IMG/VR virus record: IMGVR_UViG_3300036798_000143
Coordinates: 1 to 51,041 of that record
DNA: 51,041 nucleotides
Source: a virus
Lineage: Duplodnaviria > Caudoviricetes
Reading direction: 5' to 3' (one strand)
The first letter of the stretch is position 1, and each line of letters opens with the position of its first letter. The notes under the pieces were generated by a model, which did not search any database, had not been told where the DNA came from, and saw only the letters and a list, made by a program, of their open reading frames with translations. The position numbers and the translations under genes are program-made. Below are positions 46,255 through 51,041 of the stretch, piece by piece.

Positions 46255-46494
46255 TCATCTGTCCCACCTTGGGTCGTCGTGCTTCCATTTGGTTACGGTG
46301 CCTGGAGCTCTTCGCGTCAGACGAAGTGGCTTGTCGCACTTTGGGTCGCCACAATCAGGATTGCATTGAGGACAATGGCACACCATTACTTCTGCAATCT
46401 CCGGATCGTCGTTAGAACAGAACCCATGGTTGTTGTTCTTGCACATCCAGCACACGATCTTTTGGCCGGATCTCCTTTTATGTGCGGCCAACAC
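46255..46494 (-). CDS. Cys-rich small hypothetical protein
   Basis: CWMC....HGFC...CHCPQC...C....C. First gene after a promoter module, with AGGAG RBS. Confidence 0.55.
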   Translation of the reverse strand: MLAAHKRRSGQKIVCWMCKNNNHGFCSNDDPEIAEVMVCHCPQCNPDCGDPKCDKPLRLTRRAPGTVTKWKHDDPRWDR

Positions 46495-46567
46495 CTGCTC
46501 CTTTCTTTTTTGGTATACTTCTATTATAACTGATGTCCCTAGGACAAATCAAGAGTGCGATTTGGTG

Positions 46568-46882
46568 CTATTTTTGAATCCCTGCTACTGCCTGACAGTG
46601 ATCAATGACGGCGGAGGTAAGGTCGTCATTTGCTTCCTGCAACGGTGTCAGCGCGTGATTCATACACTGCGCCTGGGCCAACTGTTGTACTGCCGTTGGC
46701 GGGGTCTGCGACCCTTCCGTTTTGGCGTTCGCAGCTGCCTGCTTTTGGGCGTAATGCACTATAGCCGCACTTTGCCGCTCGATTGTGCGGTACGTTATGG
46801 GTTTTGGGTGATGGTGATGATGAACAGGCATCATCATGAGTGGCGCTACCAAGCCACCTGCCACTGCCTGCTTCAGTGTCAT
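46568..46882 (-). CDS. Putative secreted/membrane-anchored protein with His-run
   Basis: AVAGGLVAPLMMMPVHHHHH N-terminus, two Cys, AGGAGG RBS. Confidence 0.6.
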   Translation of the reverse strand: MTLKQAVAGGLVAPLMMMPVHHHHHPKPITYRTIERQSAAIVHYAQKQAAANAKTEGSQTPPTAVQQLAQAQCMNHALTPLQEANDDLTSAVIDHCQAVAGIQK

Positions 46883-47045
46883 TTACCTCCTTTTCCTGCG
46901 CTACTTGTGCCTAGGTATGCAGCTGTACACGAGCACCAACTTGTGCGCGTGCGGGTACCACTGCAGCTGTGCCTGTTCGTGCAATCTGGCGCACGTGGTC
47001 ACCAGGTGGTGAACCAATCGTTGCGGCATTTGTCTCCTTTCCGTA

Positions 47046-47282
47046 CTATTTTTGATCCACGACCATGTCAGCGGACTCGGCTCGGCAGATAACTACCCAG
47101 GAGTCGCCACATTCGTTCCACTCCTCGTCGCCTGACTCGAACCACTGTTCGTTAACAGTGCACGTCCAGTGACTAAGGTCGACCTGATACCACCCATCCG
47201 CTGCGGGCCAGAGGCAGTCAGTCTCTTCCGGCTCGCACGTTAGGGCGCACAGGTGGTGGTTACACCATGGTTTCAGTTCCAT
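47046..47282 (-). CDS. Cys/Trp-rich hypothetical protein
   Basis: AAAGGAGGTG RBS before ATG 47282. Confidence 0.6.
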   Translation of the reverse strand: MELKPWCNHHLCALTCEPEETDCLWPAADGWYQVDLSHWTCTVNEQWFESGDEEWNECGDSWVVICRAESADMVVDQK

Positions 47283-47298
47283 CTTCACCTCCTTTCCA

Positions 47299-47393
47299 CT
47301 CACTGGCAGCACGACAGGTAGTGAGTCCCCCCGATTCACTCACCTGTCGTACTGCTAGTGAGCGCCCTGTGGACTTACGTCCCTCAGGGGCTC
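47299..47393. other. Long hairpin pair upstream of an RBS
   Basis: CTCACTGGCAGCACGACAGGT.../...ACCTGTCGTACTGCTAGTGAG. Same CTCACTGG/CTAGTGAG stem base as the 40426 hairpin. Confidence 0.7.
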
Positions 47394-47400
47394 ACCGCTG

Positions 47401-47592
47401 TCAGTCCTGCGCCTTCAGGAGGAGTGTCTTGTACGTCTTGCCCTGACGATTGTACATCGTCGTGACTGAACGCACCTGCTGCTTGGACCCGCCGTCACGG
47501 TCTTGCACCGTAATGATGTCACCGATTTCCACAGGGTCATCGGAGCCAGTCTGCACAGCGTACACCTTGGTCCACTTGTACTCTTTGTCCAT
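47401..47592 (-). CDS. Small beta-rich hypothetical protein
   Basis: AAAGGAGGTG RBS, first gene after a promoter module. Confidence 0.65.
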   Translation of the reverse strand: MDKEYKWTKVYAVQTGSDDPVEIGDIITVQDRDGGSKQQVRSVTTMYNRQGKTYKTLLLKAQD

Positions 47593-47676
47593 GATCTCAC
47601 CTCCTTTCTCCATCATACTACTATTATAACTGATGTCCATAGGACAAATCAAGAGTCATCTTTGGTGCGATTTGGA

Positions 47677-47895
47677 TCAGGTGTTCTTCAGGATGAACTG
47701 CGCGACTGTCGTAACGAGGTACTCCTCGAACGACTCCGCGGCAACCCACTCTGCCTGGGAGATTGGCGTGGGCGGCATCCTGCTTAGTGACCACCAATCT
47801 GCCTCCTCGTACGCGTCGAGGTAGTCACCATAGTTTTGTCCGCTCCAAATCAGGAGTGTGGCTTCGGCTATGCGTTCGGCTTCGTCGTGAGTCAT
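47677..47895 (-). CDS. Hypothetical protein
   Basis: AAGGAGGTG RBS before ATG 47895. Confidence 0.65.
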   Translation of the reverse strand: MTHDEAERIAEATLLIWSGQNYGDYLDAYEEADWWSLSRMPPTPISQAEWVAAESFEEYLVTTVAQFILKNT

Positions 47896-47915
47896 GTTTC
47901 TCACCTCCTTTTTAT

Positions 47916-47983
47916 GTTCAGTGGCTTGTGCGGATCGGCTGGAAAAAGGAGTTAAACCAGCCGATCCGCACAAGCCACCGAAC
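47916..47983. other. 27-bp-stem hairpin between an HTH gene and the next RBS
   Basis: GTTCAGTGGCTTGTGCGGATCGGCTGG / CCAGCCGATCCGCACAAGCCACCGAAC with a 14-nt loop. Confidence 0.8.
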
Positions 47984-48032
47984 TTCAGCAACTTGTGCCT
48001 GCTTCGGGACAGGAGCTGATGTTGAGTGGTCC

Positions 48033-48317
48033 TTAGACCACCTCAACGTCGACCTCCTCGGTCGAGACCTCAGTGGTCTCAACGGACTCGTTCGCACGAC
48101 GCTGACGGTTCGCAACGAACTTCGTCACCCACGCGTCAGCGGCCTCACGAGTCACGCGAGTCTGGTCGCCGACCTGAACGGTCGGGATCAGCTTGTTACG
48201 GATGTAGGAATACACCATCTGGGGCGGGATCTTGTCGAGCCCAACAGCCTGAAGCTGCTTGTTCGCCAGAGTGTGCACACCGTATCCGGTAAGCGTGTCG
48301 GTTGCCATCTTTTTCAT
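48033..48317 (-). CDS. Excisionase-like HTH paralog
   Basis: LTGYG....ANKQL...GL..IPPQMVYSYIRNKLIP.......RVTRE.ADAW. First gene after a promoter module. Confidence 0.75.
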   Translation of the reverse strand: MKKMATDTLTGYGVHTLANKQLQAVGLDKIPPQMVYSYIRNKLIPTVQVGDQTRVTREAADAWVTKFVANRQRRANESVETTEVSTEEVDVEVV

Positions 48318-48399
48318 CACCTCCTTTCGGATGCATTGTTGTTTGTATAATGATATTATATAGCGGACACAAGGGACAAATCAAGCGTCATCTTGGGTG

Positions 48400-48588
48400 C
48401 TATATTTGACCGGTCAGAATATGGTGCACGATCTGAAGGTCGGGGGTCTGGGGCCCAAAATCGTAGCCCCGACCATGGTAGATTGCCAGGATCTCTTTGC
48501 AACCAGAACACGTCTGCACAAAGATTCCTGAAGGGCCATCTGGTTGGAGTTCTCGTTGTGAACCCCATGTTCCGTCACACTCTGTCAT
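48400..48588 (-). CDS. Small hypothetical protein
   Basis: TAATG coupling with the upstream gene. The stop lies in the TAGCACC box. Confidence 0.55.
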   Translation of the reverse strand: MTECDGTWGSQRELQPDGPSGIFVQTCSGCKEILAIYHGRGYDFGPQTPDLQIVHHILTGQI

Positions 48589-49115
48589 TACCAGATTACC
48601 TCCGCAACCTTGTTGCCCTGGAACTCACCGGTTGCTGACAACCAGTGACCGAACTGTTGTAGGGTGTAGGATCCAGGCCAGTAATCCGTGTACGAGGCCG
48701 CTTCCATGAAGTCGCCTAACAACTCCGACACATCTTCCGCGGACGGATCGATGGTGCCGTCACGGAGCGCCTGCATCCGTTCTGACGGGTTTCCCGAGAA
48801 CAGTAACGACTCTCGTTGCGGCTGAGGACGCTCGTTCCATTTGTCGACCTCGACACCACTTAGGACGTCTAGGCACACTTCAAGCGCCGAGGCTATTGTT
48901 GTATCCCTCGGCAGGATTGCGTTCGGCGCTTCCAGGGAGGTGAGGTAGTCTTTCATCACCTTCTGCACGAACCGAACGGTGTCGTCACCACTATGAGCTG
49001 CCTGCTCAGTTCGGGCTTCGAACTCCTCACTCGCGGCCATTTCTTGGTTATCCACAGGGTCTACCTTTCTTACGAACTTGTCGGGAGATGCTTCGGGATC
49101 CGAAGTTCGAACCAC
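48588..49115 (-). CDS. Acidic hypothetical protein
   Basis: 175-aa open frame. Start uncertain. Confidence 0.6.
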   Translation of the reverse strand: MVRTSDPEASPDKFVRKVDPVDNQEMAASEEFEARTEQAAHSGDDTVRFVQKVMKDYLTSLEAPNAILPRDTTIASALEVCLDVLSGVEVDKWNERPQPQRESLLFSGNPSERMQALRDGTIDPSAEDVSELLGDFMEAASYTDYWPGSYTLQQFGHWLSATGEFQGNKVAEVIW

Positions 49116-49291
49116 TCTTTAGGGTCGCCAGCGTCGTCTGTCGACCACACAAGGATGTACTGAACGAAGTGTTCGTCCTCTTCTCCTATTTGGTCGTACA
49201 CCTCGTTCCAAACGAGGTCGAACTCTTCTTCCGGATCCACCGCCTCCTGCAACCAATGGTGCACATGCACCTTTTTGAAGTCCTGCGCCAT
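49070..49291 (-). CDS. Acidic hypothetical protein
   Basis: First gene after the promoter module at 49343, with AGGAG/AGGAAG upstream. Confidence 0.6.
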   Translation of the reverse strand: MAQDFKKVHVHHWLQEAVDPEEEFDLVWNEVYDQIGEEDEHFVQYILVWSTDDAGDPKEWFELRIPKHLPTSS

Positions 49292-49949
49292 TTCTTCCTG
49301 CTCCTTTTATTATCCTGCTACCAATATTTTTGGTATACTGATATTATATAGCAAGTCCTAAGGACAAATCAAGGGTTCTCTTTTGGCATATTTAGGGCAG
49401 TGCGGCAGTGATCTCACCTAATAAGTTTCCTTTCCCTATTTTTGTCAGGGAATGATAAGTTAATGATAGTACTGTGATGATATTAAGTCCCCAGACTAAC
49501 ACGTGGCCGTGACTGTATTCACTTTGCAGGACTTCTCTTTTAGGTAATAAACATCTTAGGTAATGATATAACCGTTATAAGATACGGAAACTACCTCGAA
49601 AACAGTCCGTCAGGCCCTAGGTTTCGCAACCTTTCACTGAAATCTCATCGCCGGGATTTTCAGAGGTAACTTCCTCGCAAAGTGATGACATGCCCGTGCC
49701 AGTGATATCACTGCCCAATCACGCGTTTCGGCTCATTTCCTTCTGGACGGAAGGACTAGGACCCTCGCTCTCCAGGTCGCCCTGTGGTGTCAGGCGCCTA
49801 TCTCGGGTCCGGACCCCTTATCTCCGCGCGGCCGGACCCCTGGTCGCCCGGCCTGCGGCTCTAGTGTGCCCAGATTTTGGGCAAAGTGGCCTCACCACGT
49901 GATTGCCCACCAGCGCATGGTCCGGCTATGTGGTGTTCGACGGGGTCGC

Positions 49950-50099
49950 TTACATGGCCTTTTCCTTCTCGTACGCCCGGTTGAACTCCTGCTCGGCGTA
50001 CTCCTCTAGGGCCAGCCACCAAAGTGATGGCTTACGGTCTCTCTTTGCCGCCCAGACGAAGAATCCTTCGACCTGGGCGCGAAACTCGTCCTGCGTCAT
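49950..50099 (-). CDS. Small hypothetical protein
   Basis: AGGAGG RBS before ATG 50099 (MTQDEFRAQV...). Confidence 0.55.
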   Translation of the reverse strand: MTQDEFRAQVEGFFVWAAKRDRKPSLWWLALEEYAEQEFNRAYEKEKAM

Positions 50100-50100
50100 G

Positions 50101-50235
50101 TCAGCCCTCCTTCCTTTCTTCGTACCGCGCCGCCCAGATCTCTGCGTGCGTAAACGTTTCGTACGCCTCCTCTGGGTCCTGCTCGTACCGCTTCCACGCC
50201 GCACGGGCGAGGTTGTACTCCTTGGTGCTGCTCAT
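50101..50235 (-). CDS. 44-aa hypothetical protein (MSSTKEYNLARAAWKRY...)
   Basis: Read by hand. AAGGAG RBS, first gene after the promoter module at 50282. Confidence 0.55.
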   Translation of the reverse strand: MSSTKEYNLARAAWKRYEQDPEEAYETFTHAEIWAARYEERKEG

Positions 50236-50389
50236 TGTACTGCTCCTTTTCTGCCTGATGAATATTTTTCATCTTACTGATATTATAACTCATTGGCCTG
50301 GGACAAATCAAGCGTCCTCTTTGGTGCTATTTTGCGTCGGACCCGCGCCTTATCTATCACACAGCCTTGTCCGGACCCTAACTCAGGCC

Positions 50390-50427
50390 AAAAGGAATGG
50401 GGAGTGCATCTCTGCACTCCCCATTCC
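50390..50427 (-). terminator. Intrinsic terminator after the first HTH gene
   Basis: Perfect 15-bp stem GGAATGGGGAGTGCA with a 4-nt loop, followed by TTTT on the - strand. Confidence 0.75.
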
Positions 50428-50434
50428 CTTGGTA

Positions 50435-50644
50435 CTACTTGGAGACCTTCTCCAACCTCCGGGTCACGTACCTGGTGGTCCACTCCTGGGCATCCTGCTC
50501 AGTGACCAACTTCTGACCATTGACGTCCTGGGAAGGAATCCAACCCTTGGAGATGTACTGGTACACCATCTGGGCTGGGATGGTCTTGAGACCATTGTCC
50601 TGGAGGACCTGGTTCACCATCTTGGTCATTTTGTAACCGGTCAT
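50435..50644 (-). CDS. Excisionase-like HTH paralog (monocistronic, first gene of the early arm)
   Basis: MTGYKMTKMVNQVLQDNGLKTIPAQMVYQYISKGWIPSQDVNGQKLVTEQDAQEW, with its own promoter and terminator. Confidence 0.75.
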   Translation of the reverse strand: MTGYKMTKMVNQVLQDNGLKTIPAQMVYQYISKGWIPSQDVNGQKLVTEQDAQEWTTRYVTRRLEKVSK

Positions 50645-50918
50645 TTCATTACCTACCTTTTTTGGTGGGGAAGATTTTTCCCTCACTACCAATATTATAA
50701 CTCATGACCCCCGGGTCAAATCAACGTCCAATCGGGGGTGTATTTTTTGTTGGGACTTTTGTCCCGGTCACCCCGGATTGCAACGTCCGGACCCTCGCTC
50801 ACGCGTGCGGACGCGGCCGGGCCTGCAGGGCGCCCCGCGTCCGGCCCCGCTCACCGCGTGAGTGTCACCGCCGGCCCCCGCAACGCTGCGCGGCAGGCCC
50901 CGCGGTCGGGTGACCTAG

Positions 50919-50944
50919 GGTCCGTCACACTTGTGTGACGGACC
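50919..50944. repeat. Perfect 12-bp inverted repeat near the right end
   Basis: GGTCCGTCACAC-TT-GTGTGACGGACC. Confidence 0.8.
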
Positions 50945-51041
50945 AATCTGGTGGCCCTTGAAAAGGGCAGGTAGGGTCCACCACGTGGGTGACCCACCAG
51001 CGCCCGGCACAACATAAGTTTGTAAAGTAGTGAGTGTGTGA

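Larger units (their letters stand above)
34022..50723 (-). promoter_or_regulatory. Family of 14 conserved leftward promoter modules (TTGATT-N17/18-TATAAT)
   Basis: -10 to -35 spans: 34022-34050, 36559-36588, 37696-37725, 40915-40944, 42603-42632, 43718-43746, 44482-44511, 45298-45327, 46523-46552, 47623-47652, 48355-48384, 49343-49372, 50282-50311, 50694-50723. All sit at gene junctions and face the - strand genes. Confidence 0.9.

Noticed and set aside
40511-50644. Lysogeny/excision module implied by Xis-like genes
   Set aside because: No tyrosine or serine integrase, parAB or CI-like repressor was recognised anywhere in the window.
34022-50723. Repeated module as a CRISPR array or integron attC array
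   Set aside because: Copies are 0.4-3 kb apart, degenerate and match sigma70 -35/-10 boxes. No cas operon or integron integrase is present.
43980-51041. tRNA genes in the structured intergenic segments
   Set aside because: No cloverleaf with T-loop GTTCRA and acceptor stem could be built by eye. A tRNAscan/Infernal run would settle it.

Overview
The window looks like a complete or near-complete ~51-kb tailed dsDNA phage genome (siphovirus layout) with no integrase seen. The host is probably actinobacterial. An Rpf-like transglycosylase and the endolysin C-terminal repeats point tentatively to Acidimicrobiia. The left arm (+ strand, ~0.28-22.0 kb) carries terminase, portal, protease/scaffold, capsid, neck, tail tube, frameshifted tail chaperones, tape measure, baseplate, collagen/C1q-like fibres, an amidase endolysin and a holin. 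The right arm (- strand, ~21.9-50.7 kb) carries a RuvC-like resolvase, a UDG-fused family A DNA polymerase, a 7-deazaguanine DNA-modification cluster (divergent TGT/DpdA-like protein, folE, queE, queD, queC, plus a MazG-like gene), primase-helicase, SSB, Sak4-like ATPase, Cas4-like nuclease, ATP-dependent ligase, DJ-1/PfpI protein, SNF2 helicase, a minimal PolX-SWIM fusion and many small ORFs. The most unusual structure is the early region (34-50.7 kb). It is built as cassettes, each opened by one of 14 copies of a conserved ~30-55-bp promoter module (TTGATT-N17/18-TATAAT, often with an internal GTCC-N3/4-GGAC palindrome and an upstream TAGCACC box). It holds five paralogous excisionase-like HTH genes and long hairpins placed just before second-gene ribosome-binding sites. 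A four-half-site double inverted repeat at 22.6-22.76 kb looks origin-like. All product calls come from motif recognition by eye, and no database searches were run.
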